Below, piece after piece: positions 38,844 through 48,751 of a DNA stretch of 64,000 bases. Position 1 is the stretch's first letter; each line of letters starts with the position of its first letter. A model generated the notes under the pieces. It was not told where the DNA came from, made no database searches, and saw only the letters and a list, made by a program, of their open reading frames with translations. This DNA is from a virus (lineage: Duplodnaviria; Heunggongvirae; Uroviricota; Caudoviricetes). The stretch spans positions 97,237 to 161,236 of IMG/VR virus record IMGVR_UViG_3300029288_000059, one strand, 5' to 3'. A program made the translations under genes and the position numbers.

Positions 38844-39344
38844 ATGGTTAATGATAATGAACTATCTGTAATTGTGAAAATGGCAATCGCCGATTCTCCA
38901 GATTACAATATTCCAAATGCTGATGCTTTTATTGCCACCAGTCCGCTTGATTATGCAGAAAAACAAGAACTTTACAAACTTAAAGAACGTACTATTACAG
39001 AACTAATTAAACATAAGCCGATTAATATAGGAACTCGTTCAGAAACAAAAGAACAAACACATCGTATTAGGAATAATATTAGGGATCGTTATCTTACTAA
39101 ATTCAGAACCCAATGTACTCATGGTATTGATAACTCAGCTAAAAATGCCAAATTATCATGTACGATGAAATTTGAACGCCCCTGTATGACGAATATTATA
39201 TCCAAAACGGAGATGGATGAGATATTCGATTATTGTATATCACAATTATATATTTACTTATGTGACTTAGAATATACTGTTACCCGTTCCGATGTTAAAG
39301 AAGGTAATAAAACACTCGTAGAATTTAAAATTAGTTGGGATTAA
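38844..39344 (+). CDS. Paralog family member 6
   Basis: LCDLEYTV...FKISWD. Confidence 0.65.
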   Translation: MVNDNELSVIVKMAIADSPDYNIPNADAFIATSPLDYAEKQELYKLKERTITELIKHKPINIGTRSETKEQTHRIRNNIRDRYLTKFRTQCTHGIDNSAKNAKLSCTMKFERPCMTNIISKTEMDEIFDYCISQLYIYLCDLEYTVTRSDVKEGNKTLVEFKISWD

Positions 39345-39423
39345 TTATTAGGTAACTAGTTGACAACAATGTCGTATTATGTTATATATAAATTATAACG
39401 TAATACGACAACGGAGCAAACGA

Positions 39424-39822
39424 ATGACCAATATGACCAATATTATCAATCCAAAGGACGCAAGAGTAATTACCAATAATAATAACGATAAGTTACCTAA
39501 GGTATCCTTTAATACTAGACAACCATCAACTTATAAATTTGACATAGTAACTCCCGATAATATCGAGGTTTACTTCCCAAATTATAAAAAGATAATAACT
39601 GATAATATAACGGCTGTTGCCGATAGTGGACAGTTTGAAACTGAAATACCATTCCATAAATGTAATATTGGCGGTAATATTAGATATGACCAGTTAGGTG
39701 ATGTTATAGCTAAGGAATTACACGATATGGGGTATGAATCCCATTACTCATTCTGTCAAGACGTATTGTTTATTTCTTGGTATGAAGGTCATGTAGTACC
39801 AAAAATGTTTAGTATAATTTAA
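39424..39822 (+). CDS. Paralog family member 7 (start MTNMTN)
   Basis: LHDMGYES...LFISWY; GGAG RBS. Confidence 0.65.
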   Translation: MTNMTNIINPKDARVITNNNNDKLPKVSFNTRQPSTYKFDIVTPDNIEVYFPNYKKIITDNITAVADSGQFETEIPFHKCNIGGNIRYDQLGDVIAKELHDMGYESHYSFCQDVLFISWYEGHVVPKMFSII

Positions 39823-39865
39823 AATAATTATTGACAAACTTTCTAGTTATGTTATAAATAACGTT

Positions 39866-40224
39866 AATAGGATGAAGTGTTTGAAATAATCATTCAAGAC
39901 TCGGGATGCAACGCCCGACACCTCCACCATCTCCCATAAGGGAACACTGTTAGATGAGCTTATTCATTGTTTTTTTGGATAACTTCACCAGTTTTCATTG
40001 TTTGTTTAATAGTGTTCCCTTATGGGGGTGAATTAGGTTCGATTGGGTGAAAAAGAGACATGGACTATTCCCGTGCAAACTGGGTTAACGTAAGAAAGCA
40101 TGTAAATGCAAATGACAATATGGCTACAAGAATGTTAGTAGCTGCCTAGTCCTAACGGATTATAGGTGAATACATTCTAAAGGGTTTTATGGGTTGCACC
40201 TAGTAACAGAAGCAACCCTTTTTT
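39866..40224 (+). ncRNA. ssrA: Circularly permuted two-piece tmRNA
   Basis: Acceptor piece ends CACCTCCACCA (39929); coding piece starts GGGGGTG (40024), giving a G3.U70 acceptor stem; tag ANDNMATRMLVAA* at 40108-40149; 3' hairpin with AACAGA loop and U-tract; TTGACA promoter at 39831. Confidence 0.92.
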
Positions 40225-40284
40225 ATTGACTTATGTTAAATTTTATATTATACTAAAATTATAAACAGTAATTTGGAGTTTAAT

Positions 40285-40515
40285 ATGAAAAAGTTCATCA
40301 TTGTATTATCAGTAACAATCGTTTGGAATATAATATCAGAATCACAACCAGTTAAAGTACATTGTAAACCAAAACAAGTGTTCGAAGTCTGTGATTGTAC
40401 AATGACTCCACCTAAACCATCGATATTAAGTTTGATTAATAAAAAGTTAAATAGTGATTACATTGTTACGAAAGGAATATTAATAGATGGAACAATTGAA
40501 AGCACTAATAGTTAG
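40285..40515 (+). CDS. Small secreted/membrane hypothetical protein (MKKFIIVL)
   Basis: Early promoter at 40226; GGAG RBS; signal-like N-terminus. Confidence 0.55.
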   Translation: MKKFIIVLSVTIVWNIISESQPVKVHCKPKQVFEVCDCTMTPPKPSILSLINKKLNSDYIVTKGILIDGTIESTNS

Positions 40516-40861
40516 AACTTTAGTTTTCATATTATTAGTTTATTTACCTAACAACAACGGGAAATTGTCGATTGTTATGTTGTTCACTATCTATATTACT
40601 ATTATGATGCTATTTAGGATAACAATAACAACGATAATTGTTAATATTAGTAACATTTCTGTTGATTTGTTGACTTACATTAAAGAAGTTATGTATATTA
40701 ATAAGAAGTATATTGATTCATACATAGTTGAATTATTCATTACTATTTTTTGTTGTATGGACCACATTACTCCATTATGCTATATTTTACCAATACATTG
40801 TATGTTATTAGTAATTAATCAAATAACTCTTAGTTATGTAATAAACAAATCAATCAAGTAG
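40487..40861 (+). CDS. Membrane protein
   Basis: Multiple hydrophobic segments. Confidence 0.5.
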   Translation: MEQLKALIVRTLVFILLVYLPNNNGKLSIVMLFTIYITIMMLFRITITTIIVNISNISVDLLTYIKEVMYINKKYIDSYIVELFITIFCCMDHITPLCYILPIHCMLLVINQITLSYVINKSIK

Positions 40862-41281
40862 TGAATTCCTATCACACGACGTAACTACTACATCTGCATT
40901 TTGTGTATTATCACTAGACACTTGTTTTGGTTTCCTTAGTGATTCGATTTGATTTTTTTGTTGTTTAAGTTTGAGTTCTTGCATTTCCATACGTTTTTCT
41001 ATCTTGGCAAGTTTAGCGGACATTTTAGTATTGAGGAATTTATTAGCAACGTCTGCAATACCGGCAGTATACTTTGTTTCAACATTCATTGATAAATCTA
41101 ATAAGTCTTCAGCTGCAGTCATTGCTCTTTGTGATATAATGTCTAATTCCCGTTCGACTTCGAGTAATTGGTCGTCATCACTAATTTCAGTAGACATAAC
41201 ATCATTGAGTCTAATATCCGTTTCAATTAATTGCCTTGATAAATCATCCATATTAAATATATCTGCTAAATGGTCACTCAT
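40850..41281 (-). CDS. Coiled-coil protein, possibly terminase small subunit-like
   Basis: Helical, ends VVVTSCDRNSLL; function assignment is weak. Confidence 0.4.
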   Translation of the reverse strand: MSDHLADIFNMDDLSRQLIETDIRLNDVMSTEISDDDQLLEVERELDIISQRAMTAAEDLLDLSMNVETKYTAGIADVANKFLNTKMSAKLAKIEKRMEMQELKLKQQKNQIESLRKPKQVSSDNTQNADVVVTSCDRNSLLD

Positions 41282-41646
41282 TTCTTTAACCTTATTGTTT
41301 TACGTTTAACACGTTTTGATGCATACGTGGATATTGAAGTAACCGGACCAACATGATGTATTAACTCTATTGTATTGATACGTCTTACACAGTATTTGAA
41401 TTGTTCTAATTCATCACGTAAGAATATATTAATAGGCATCTTCCTATTAGATTCCCACCACCATGTACTGGCTAAATCTAAGAATAATTTTAATTGAAAT
41501 TGTTTGACATCATTTAAGATATAGATGTTTGTAACTCTCTTAGTTTGATTTTGGACTAGACCAAAATATAACTCACCCGTCTTCTTATTCTCTAATACGG
41601 ATAAGAATGGAAACTTTACTTGACGTTCTAATAATTCATTAAACAT
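41278..41646 (-). CDS. Conserved jumbo-phage hypothetical protein
   Basis: FPFLS...WWWESNRKMPINIFL...GPV; TATAAATA at 41675-41682 (minus). Confidence 0.65.
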   Translation of the reverse strand: MFNELLERQVKFPFLSVLENKKTGELYFGLVQNQTKRVTNIYILNDVKQFQLKLFLDLASTWWWESNRKMPINIFLRDELEQFKYCVRRINTIELIHHVGPVTSISTYASKRVKRKTIRLKK

Positions 41647-41711
41647 TACAAAAATCCCAACTTTAAGTATAACATATTTATAATTCTTAAAATTGAGTAT
41701 ATTTTAATTTA

Positions 41712-42002
41712 TTATCTTATTCCGCCGTATGTAATGATTGTTCTATTGAAGATATTAGGGAATGGTAAGTATGGGTTAAAATAACCATCGAAGCATACTA
41801 TTGTACCAATGAAACAAGTAGAATTACAGATTGTTTGTCCCTTTTCATATCCATACAGTAATAATCCATTAAGGTATTTAAGATGTTGATTCTGTAATGT
41901 TATAAAATACCCAGACCTCCGCAATATTAAGTTATAATAATCACCTTTTACATCATCATCACAGTTTAGACTATTATAGGGTTCTAAGTTTCGTTGGTTC
42001 AT
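41712..42002 (-). CDS. Hypothetical protein
   Basis: Open frame with AAGGG RBS. Confidence 0.4.
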   Translation of the reverse strand: MNQRNLEPYNSLNCDDDVKGDYYNLILRRSGYFITLQNQHLKYLNGLLLYGYEKGQTICNSTCFIGTIVCFDGYFNPYLPFPNIFNRTIITYGGIR

Positions 42003-42136
42003 ATATCATCCCTTTCATTTAGTGAATTATAACAGTTAACTATATATCAAACAAGTTTTAAAATAGTTGATAATCATTTTGACATTATAGAGAGAATCTT
42101 TAAACTACCAATTATGTTCAAATAATAGGTGGTAAT

Positions 42137-44338
42137 ATGTATATTGACGCAATTAACGAAAAATCAGTAATAAGAGTTGCAGAACGTATAAATGGTACAA
42201 GAGTATTAAATGATTTACCTCCAGTATATGAATTCTATTATGAAGATGGTAACGGTGAACATATTGCAACAACGGGACATCGAGTTACTAGAGTTGAATG
42301 TGCTGACAATGGTGATTTTTATAAAAAGAAAAAGATGTACAAGGAATATGGTTTATTTGAAAGTGACCATAATGTAGTGTTTAAAACGTTGAACCGTTAC
42401 TATGATGGTAGTGTACCCGATTTACATATTATGTATTTTGATATTGAAGTTGATTGGGATGCAGAATTAGGATACGCATCAGTAGATGACCCATTTATGC
42501 CTATTACTGCATTTTCATGTTATTTGAATTGGGTTGATACATTGTTGGGGTTAGTTATTAAACCAAAGAATATGTCAAAACAAGAAGCAGTGGATATCTG
42601 TTCAAAATTTGATAATGTTATATTGTGTGATTCGGAAGAAGAGCTACTAGATAAGATTATTGATTTATTTGACGATGTTGATATACACAGTGGTTGGAAT
42701 TCAGCCAAGTTCGATATTCCATATATAACGAATAGAATTGCAAGAGTTAAAGGTAGTAGTGTATTAACAAAGTTATGTTTATGGAATAAGATGCCTGTTA
42801 CAAAAGTTGTACAGGAAACAGAATCATCAACTTATACTACATTTGAATATCCAGGTAAAATCCATTTAGATTATTTGGATTTGTATAAGAAACATAACGG
42901 TGCAGTACAGGATTCCTATAAATTAGACTATATTGCCAGTGTTGAGTTGGATGACCATAAAGTTCAATATGATGGAACATTAGATGAGTTATATAATAAT
43001 GATTTTTCTAAGTTTATTGAATACTCACTATACGATACTCACTTATTAAAAAAGTTAGATGATAACTTCAAATATATAACACTATTCAATGAAATCGCCC
43101 ATAGTATTGGTGTATTAATACCAAGTGTTATGGGTACGGTTGCATGGATTGACCAAGCAATTATTAACGAAGCACATCATAATAACCTCATTGTTCCGGA
43201 TAAGAAAGACCCACCCATAATCCCCACAAAAGCAGCCGGTGCGCGTGTTGTAGACACGATTGTTGGATTACATAAATGGATAGGCAGTATTGACGTGAGC
43301 TCGATGTACCCGTCTGATATACGTTCCCTTAACATGAGCCCAGAAACTATATTTGGTCAAGTTAGACCTATATTAACTGAGGAGTTTTTATTCGATAAAG
43401 TGGATAGGTTAAAATTAACAAGTAATAAAAAAGGCGTTCCGACAATCGATTGGGCGGAAGCATGGAACGGATTGTTTGCCACACTAGAATATGATTTGGT
43501 TATTACTAAAGATACAAAAGAACAATTGCTTGTAGATTTTGAGGATGGTAGCACTCATAATATGACTGGTGCCGAAATCTACGAATATGTTCATAGTCAT
43601 AACTTGGTTATTACGGCTAATGCTACAATATTTAGAAAAGATAAACCGGGTGTTATTCCATTACTGTTGGGAAGATGGTTTAAAGAACGTAAAGAAATGA
43701 AAGCTAAAGCTAATGAATATGCAGATTTAGCGAGTACATTGGCGGGTCAAGAGAAACATGATGCATTATTACAATCCGCTTATTGGAATAGACAACAACA
43801 AATTCGTAAGATTCAGTTGAACTCATTATACGGATGTTTGTTGCAAGAAGGTTCGAAATTTTACGATAGACGTTTGGGTCAATCTACTACATTGACAGGT
43901 AGAATGATTAATCGTCATATGTGTTCAAAAGTTAATGAAATTATTACTGGAAATTATCATTACGAAGGGGTGGCCGTTATTGCGGGCGACACTGATAGTT
44001 GTTGGAAATCCGCCATTTTGAACACGAGTCTGGGTATTAAAAACATAGAAACATTATTTAATGAATGCCAAATCAAGTGGAATAACAATGATAAAGAATA
44101 TGCCGTCGATGAACGTGTAAAAGTATCTACATATCAAAATGGTACAGAACAATTATTACCGATAAAATATGTATATCGACATAAAGTCAGTAAAGGGAAA
44201 TATAAAATCACCACGTCAAACAACAAATCAGTTATAGTGACGGAAGACCATTCTATAATGGTCAAACGTAATAATGAATTAATTGAAGTTAAGCCCAAAG
44301 AATTAGTAAGTAGTGACATTATTATTACGGTAAATTAA
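42137..44338 (+). CDS. Family B DNA polymerase, N-terminal part fused to the N-half of a split intein
   Basis: FDIE, SGWNSAKFDIPY, YSLYD exonuclease motifs; SIDVSSMYPS, KIQLNSLYG, AGDTD; intein N-part from 43997 with VTEDHS block B. Confidence 0.93.
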   Translation: MYIDAINEKSVIRVAERINGTRVLNDLPPVYEFYYEDGNGEHIATTGHRVTRVECADNGDFYKKKKMYKEYGLFESDHNVVFKTLNRYYDGSVPDLHIMYFDIEVDWDAELGYASVDDPFMPITAFSCYLNWVDTLLGLVIKPKNMSKQEAVDICSKFDNVILCDSEEELLDKIIDLFDDVDIHSGWNSAKFDIPYITNRIARVKGSSVLTKLCLWNKMPVTKVVQETESSTYTTFEYPGKIHLDYLDLYKKHNGAVQDSYKLDYIASVELDDHKVQYDGTLDELYNNDFSKFIEYSLYDTHLLKKLDDNFKYITLFNEIAHSIGVLIPSVMGTVAWIDQAIINEAHHNNLIVPDKKDPPIIPTKAAGARVVDTIVGLHKWIGSIDVSSMYPSDIRSLNMSPETIFGQVRPILTEEFLFDKVDRLKLTSNKKGVPTIDWAEAWNGLFATLEYDLVITKDTKEQLLVDFEDGSTHNMTGAEIYEYVHSHNLVITANATIFRKDKPGVIPLLLGRWFKERKEMKAKANEYADLASTLAGQEKHDALLQSAYWNRQQQIRKIQLNSLYGCLLQEGSKFYDRRLGQSTTLTGRMINRHMCSKVNEIITGNYHYEGVAVIAGDTDSCWKSAILNTSLGIKNIETLFNECQIKWNNNDKEYAVDERVKVSTYQNGTEQLLPIKYVYRHKVSKGKYKITTSNNKSVIVTEDHSIMVKRNNELIEVKPKELVSSDIIITVN
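43997..44335 (+). mobile_element. Split intein N-fragment
   Basis: SCWKSAIL...VYRHKV...VIVTEDHSIMV...DIIITVN*. Confidence 0.88.
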
Positions 44339-44339
44339 A

Positions 44340-45362
44340 ATGGCACCAAAATTAGAACGTCTTATAAAGAAGTATGGTGAAGTTGATGGTAATATTCGTT
44401 GGCAGAAGTATCTTCGTAATTCAGAAATAAAGAAACGTTGTATCAAAAATGGAATATATAAACAGAAATCTGTTTATACGGAACAAGATATATTGAATGG
44501 TGATGCCGTCCGTTGTTTAGAATGTGGTATGATTAAGGCTAGTTTGCAACATATACATTTTAAGAAACATGAAGATGGATTATCAAAAACGTTAAATGAA
44601 TATAAGCAGAAACATCCTAATGCGGAAACTATTGCTACTAATGTACGAAAACGTGCTACGCCAACATTAGACGGTCTTATAAAGAAGTATGGTGACATTG
44701 AGGGAAATCAACGTTGGGAAGAATACCGTAATAAACAGGCATATTCTAATAGTTTTGAATACAAACAAAAGACTCATGGTTGGGATAAGAAACAGTTCGA
44801 TAAGTTTAATAGAAGCCGTTCGGTTACATTAGAACATTTAGTTGCCAAACATGGTATCGATAAAGGGCAAGAAATATGGAATCATTATGTTGAACGACAA
44901 CGATATACTACTAGTGAGGAATATTTTATTAGTGAATTTGGTGAAGAAGAGGGGATTAATAGATGGCAAACATGGGATTTATCCCGTTTAAATAATGGAA
45001 CTATTATTTCAAAGATAGAAATAGAAATGTTTAATTTACTCGAAAATCATATTGGAATTCATACAAGACAGTATAAAGTCAATGTTGGTGATAAACGTTA
45101 TGTCTATGATTACGGTGATAGTAGTAAAAAGAAGTTAATTGAATTCTTCGGTGACTTTTGGCATTGTAATCCTAATAAGTATGATAAGGATTATTATCAT
45201 CCAATTATAAAGTCAACAGCTTTTGATATTTGGGTACGAAATGAACAACGAATCCATGTTGCTAATAATTTAGGATACAGAGTCAAAGTTATATGGGAAT
45301 CAGATTTTCGTAATAACAAGGAACTAGTCATTAATGGATTAGTAGAATGGTGGGACGAATGA
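44340..45362 (+). CDS. Free-standing Vsr/DUF559-like endonuclease with KYG repeats
   Basis: YDY..., IEFFGDFWH, GYRVKVIWESD; repeated IKKYG..EG..RW units; CLECG. Confidence 0.85.
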   Translation: MAPKLERLIKKYGEVDGNIRWQKYLRNSEIKKRCIKNGIYKQKSVYTEQDILNGDAVRCLECGMIKASLQHIHFKKHEDGLSKTLNEYKQKHPNAETIATNVRKRATPTLDGLIKKYGDIEGNQRWEEYRNKQAYSNSFEYKQKTHGWDKKQFDKFNRSRSVTLEHLVAKHGIDKGQEIWNHYVERQRYTTSEEYFISEFGEEEGINRWQTWDLSRLNNGTIISKIEIEMFNLLENHIGIHTRQYKVNVGDKRYVYDYGDSSKKKLIEFFGDFWHCNPNKYDKDYYHPIIKSTAFDIWVRNEQRIHVANNLGYRVKVIWESDFRNNKELVINGLVEWWDE

Positions 45363-45487
45363 TAGAAGAAACAACAATTTTAAGTGTAGAAAAGTTAGAA
45401 GATTTCGATGATGAATATGTTTATGATATAGGTATGGATTCGGAAGATAATCATTATTTCTTCGCTAATGATATATTAGTACATAAC
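45359..45487 (+). mobile_element. Split intein C-fragment (43 aa)
   Basis: Blocks F/G ending in His-Asn followed by Ser+1. Confidence 0.9.
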
Positions 45488-46336
45488 AGTTGTTATTTTT
45501 CGGCATATGAGTCATTCAAACAAAACAATATAGATTTTGATTTCACTCCTGAGAATACGATTGAGTTATATGATGGTATTGTCGATATTGTTAATGATTC
45601 ATTTGCAGGGTTTATGGATGAACACTTCAACACTGGATTAGAACAGGGTGCAATTATTAAATCAGTTCGTGAAGTTGTTGCCACCTCGGGATTATTCGTT
45701 GCTAAGAAGTATTATGGTTTATTAATGATTGACAAGGATGGTAAGCGTGTTGACATCAATGGCAAACCTGGCAAGTTAAAAGTAACTGGATTATCAATCG
45801 TTAGAAGTGACACACCTAAAAACATTCAAAAGTTTTTATATGATTTATTAATGATGGTATTAACGGATAAGTCGAAAGATGAATGTTCTAATTTTGTAAG
45901 AGAATTTTATATGAAGTTTGATAAGTTAGACCCGTGGTTAAAAGGTACACCCAAAACCATTAAGGATTTAACTAAGAATGTTCTTGCTTTAGCTAATACG
46001 TCCGCTGGATTTAAAGCACGTATATCGGGTCATGCCAAAGCGTCTATTAATTGGAATCGAATGGTTGTAGCAAACAATGATAAGCAATCACCGTTAATAA
46101 CAAATGGTACTCGTATCATTGTTTGCAAATTAAAGAATTATGAAATTGATAGTATCGCATTCCCGATTGATATTAAAGATATTCCCGATTGGTTCAAAGT
46201 ATTGCCTTTTGACGAAGATGATATGGTCGAGTCTATTTTAAGGAAAAAACTTGATACTATATTTGGGTGTTTAGATTGGGGGTTGGGTAAATGTGCAAAT
46301 GTTGTATCAAAGGCAATGAAATTATTTAACTATTAA
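45359..46336 (+). CDS. Split-intein C-half fused to the DNA polymerase C-terminal part
   Basis: YVYDIG...FFANDILVHN|SCYF; KKYY, KVTGL..RSDTP; ATGA overlap with the endonuclease stop. Confidence 0.93.
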   Translation: MIEETTILSVEKLEDFDDEYVYDIGMDSEDNHYFFANDILVHNSCYFSAYESFKQNNIDFDFTPENTIELYDGIVDIVNDSFAGFMDEHFNTGLEQGAIIKSVREVVATSGLFVAKKYYGLLMIDKDGKRVDINGKPGKLKVTGLSIVRSDTPKNIQKFLYDLLMMVLTDKSKDECSNFVREFYMKFDKLDPWLKGTPKTIKDLTKNVLALANTSAGFKARISGHAKASINWNRMVVANNDKQSPLITNGTRIIVCKLKNYEIDSIAFPIDIKDIPDWFKVLPFDEDDMVESILRKKLDTIFGCLDWGLGKCANVVSKAMKLFNY

Positions 46337-46413
46337 TTAAAAAACATTTTGATTTATAGTTGAAGGTACATTAAGTTTATTTATACGTTGTAACAAAGTA
46401 GGAGTTAATAGTA

Positions 46414-47157
46414 ATGAATATTAAAGATGTTATTCAAGATGTAGTTGGTACTACATCATCTTTAAAGTTATCAATGGTACGAGTAAGTGGTTCTGAAACT
46501 CACTTAGACATCACGGCAAAGAATGATGACAATACTGTATTGATTGTCGCTAAAACAAAAGCACCAATCGATGATTTAAATGAACAAGTTATTGGGTTAA
46601 GGTCATTAGATATTTTAAAAGGTATTACTAACCTCAAAGGATTTAAGGACGACTCGTTTAAGGTTGATGTTCGTAAAGTAACTGATAGTGAAGGCAATCA
46701 AATCTGTGAACGATTTGTATTTAATAATGAATCGAATGAAATTCATTATGGGTTGGCATCAAAAGCGGCTATTCCTAATAAAGTTGTATTCGCGGGTACA
46801 TCTTATAATGTGGAAGTTAAACCAACCAAACTAAAAATTGATGAATTTAGTACATTGGCTGGGATTTTGGGTGGGTTAGAAACAACATTTACTCCCCATG
46901 TAACTGATAAAAAAGAATTAGTATTTGATGTTGGTAATACCAAAGCAGCCAGTCATTCCGCGAAATTAGTATTCGCAAAAGACGTTGTTGGTACGATTGC
47001 AAGTAACCTCAAATGGAATATCGCACCAGTATTAGCAGTATTAAAATTAGCAGAAAATACAGATAGTGAAATGAAGATAAGTAGTGATGGTGTTATTGAG
47101 ATTGCTATTGATACAGGTGTTATTGAGTATCAATTCTTCTTACCTGCATTGAATTAA
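46414..47157 (+). CDS. Sliding clamp (gp45-like)
   Basis: Size, position after the polymerase, C-terminal ISSDGVIEI...YQFFLPA. Confidence 0.65.
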   Translation: MNIKDVIQDVVGTTSSLKLSMVRVSGSETHLDITAKNDDNTVLIVAKTKAPIDDLNEQVIGLRSLDILKGITNLKGFKDDSFKVDVRKVTDSEGNQICERFVFNNESNEIHYGLASKAAIPNKVVFAGTSYNVEVKPTKLKIDEFSTLAGILGGLETTFTPHVTDKKELVFDVGNTKAASHSAKLVFAKDVVGTIASNLKWNIAPVLAVLKLAENTDSEMKISSDGVIEIAIDTGVIEYQFFLPALN

Positions 47158-47182
47158 TTTTAAACAACTAGGAGTATATTTA

Positions 47183-48742
47183 ATGGGTCTTCTTACTAAT
47201 GAATATAGAAATAAACGTCCTTATAATACAACATTAGAACAACAAACTGTTGATTATAGTTTGTCACAAAAGGATTATGCTATATATACTCCTAGTATCT
47301 CTATTAACTATACACATTATGGTATGCACGATAATATGGAGTCTTTTGGTGTTAAGACTAAAGGATATTCCCCTAATTCCCGTATGCCATCAGTATATCA
47401 CCCCGAAGGTGATGAGAATAATTATCTACAACGTGATAATGGTAACTTTTATTATCCGTATTGTTTGTTTTCTGCGGGTCATGCAGAATTAGACATTAAT
47501 AAAGTCACTAATGATAAAGCAAATTTAATGATACATGGCCACGGTAAGGATAGTATTGTTATTGGTGATAGTGGTGGTTATCAAATTGCAACGGGTGTAA
47601 TACCTATTAAGTGGAGTGACCCAAATTCACTTAATGTTTGGAGAATGAAGATTTTACGTTGGTTAGAGGCCACTGCCGACTACACACCAACATTAGATAT
47701 ACCTACTCATATTATACATAGAACACCACAGGCTGGTTATAAGACGATTAATGACTGTTTAAACGGAACAGTCGAAAATTTAAAGTTTTTCGTTAAGAAT
47801 AGAGTTCCAGGTGCTACTAATTTTTTAAATGTCTTACAAGGACGTACCGTAGAAGAAGCACTGACGTGGTACGATACTGTTAAGCAATATGAATTCGAGG
47901 GTTGGACTATGGCTGGTCCGCCGGCAGAGGATTTCGAAGTAGTATTAAATTTACTAATAAGGTTGAGAGATGAAAAACGAATCTCCGATAATAAACATTG
48001 GATTCATTTCTTGGGTGTTAGTAGATTAGGAGCTGCTTGCGCATATACTACAATACAACGAATATTGAGGGAACAAGTATCCCCGAAGATGACACTTAGT
48101 TTTGATAGTTCTTCGCCATTCCTATCCGTAGCAAAAGGTGGAATTTATACCACCGTCGCTATGGACCAAAGTAGTAAGAGTAAATCATTTGGACCAGTAG
48201 TAAGGGATGCTCCGGACGATAGAAAATATCAAGGGTCAACGATGTTATTACAGGAATGGCTCGAACAAACTTATGGTACTACTAGTTATGATAGTACGGC
48301 CATATCACGTAAACTATCGATTGGTGAAATATGTAGAGATGGTGCTACACCAACATCGCGTTCGAGTTGGGATACTATATCGTATATGCATATAATGAAT
48401 CATAATATTGAATGTCATGTTAGAGGTGTTCAACGTGCGTGTGAAAAATATGATTTACCATACGAAGAAGCGTCAAAGTATATACCATACGAATTATTGA
48501 TGTTTAGAGATGTTATTGCTAATGAAGTGTTTAATAGTGAAACCCCATACGATGTTATAAAGAAGTACAAGACGGAACTCAATAACTTGATTGGTATGAA
48601 AGCAAAACGTCCAGTAATTGACAATAGTGTATCGAAATTCTTTGGTGAAGAGTTAATGAGAGAACATATTGAAGTGGAAGAAAAAGTTAAACCTCAACCA
48701 ATCATTATAAATGATAAAGCTAAATCATTATTTGAATTTTAG
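47183..48742 (+). CDS. tRNA-guanine transglycosylase / DpdA-like protein
   Basis: GDSGGYQ, LDIP, NVLQG, IHFLG, SFDSSSP TGT-fold motifs. Confidence 0.75.
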   Translation: MGLLTNEYRNKRPYNTTLEQQTVDYSLSQKDYAIYTPSISINYTHYGMHDNMESFGVKTKGYSPNSRMPSVYHPEGDENNYLQRDNGNFYYPYCLFSAGHAELDINKVTNDKANLMIHGHGKDSIVIGDSGGYQIATGVIPIKWSDPNSLNVWRMKILRWLEATADYTPTLDIPTHIIHRTPQAGYKTINDCLNGTVENLKFFVKNRVPGATNFLNVLQGRTVEEALTWYDTVKQYEFEGWTMAGPPAEDFEVVLNLLIRLRDEKRISDNKHWIHFLGVSRLGAACAYTTIQRILREQVSPKMTLSFDSSSPFLSVAKGGIYTTVAMDQSSKSKSFGPVVRDAPDDRKYQGSTMLLQEWLEQTYGTTSYDSTAISRKLSIGEICRDGATPTSRSSWDTISYMHIMNHNIECHVRGVQRACEKYDLPYEEASKYIPYELLMFRDVIANEVFNSETPYDVIKKYKTELNNLIGMKAKRPVIDNSVSKFFGEELMREHIEVEEKVKPQPIIINDKAKSLFEF

Positions 48743-48751
48743 GAGTTAATA

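Noticed and set aside
39898-39929. Stand-alone tRNA
   Set aside because: Only a T-arm and acceptor 3' strand; it belongs to the permuted tmRNA. No complete tRNA was recognised in the window
42671-42690. Partial match of the orphan guide within the polymerase gene (ATATCAACAT)
   Set aside because: Only about 10 contiguous nt in AT-rich DNA, with mismatches near the guide start; expected by chance
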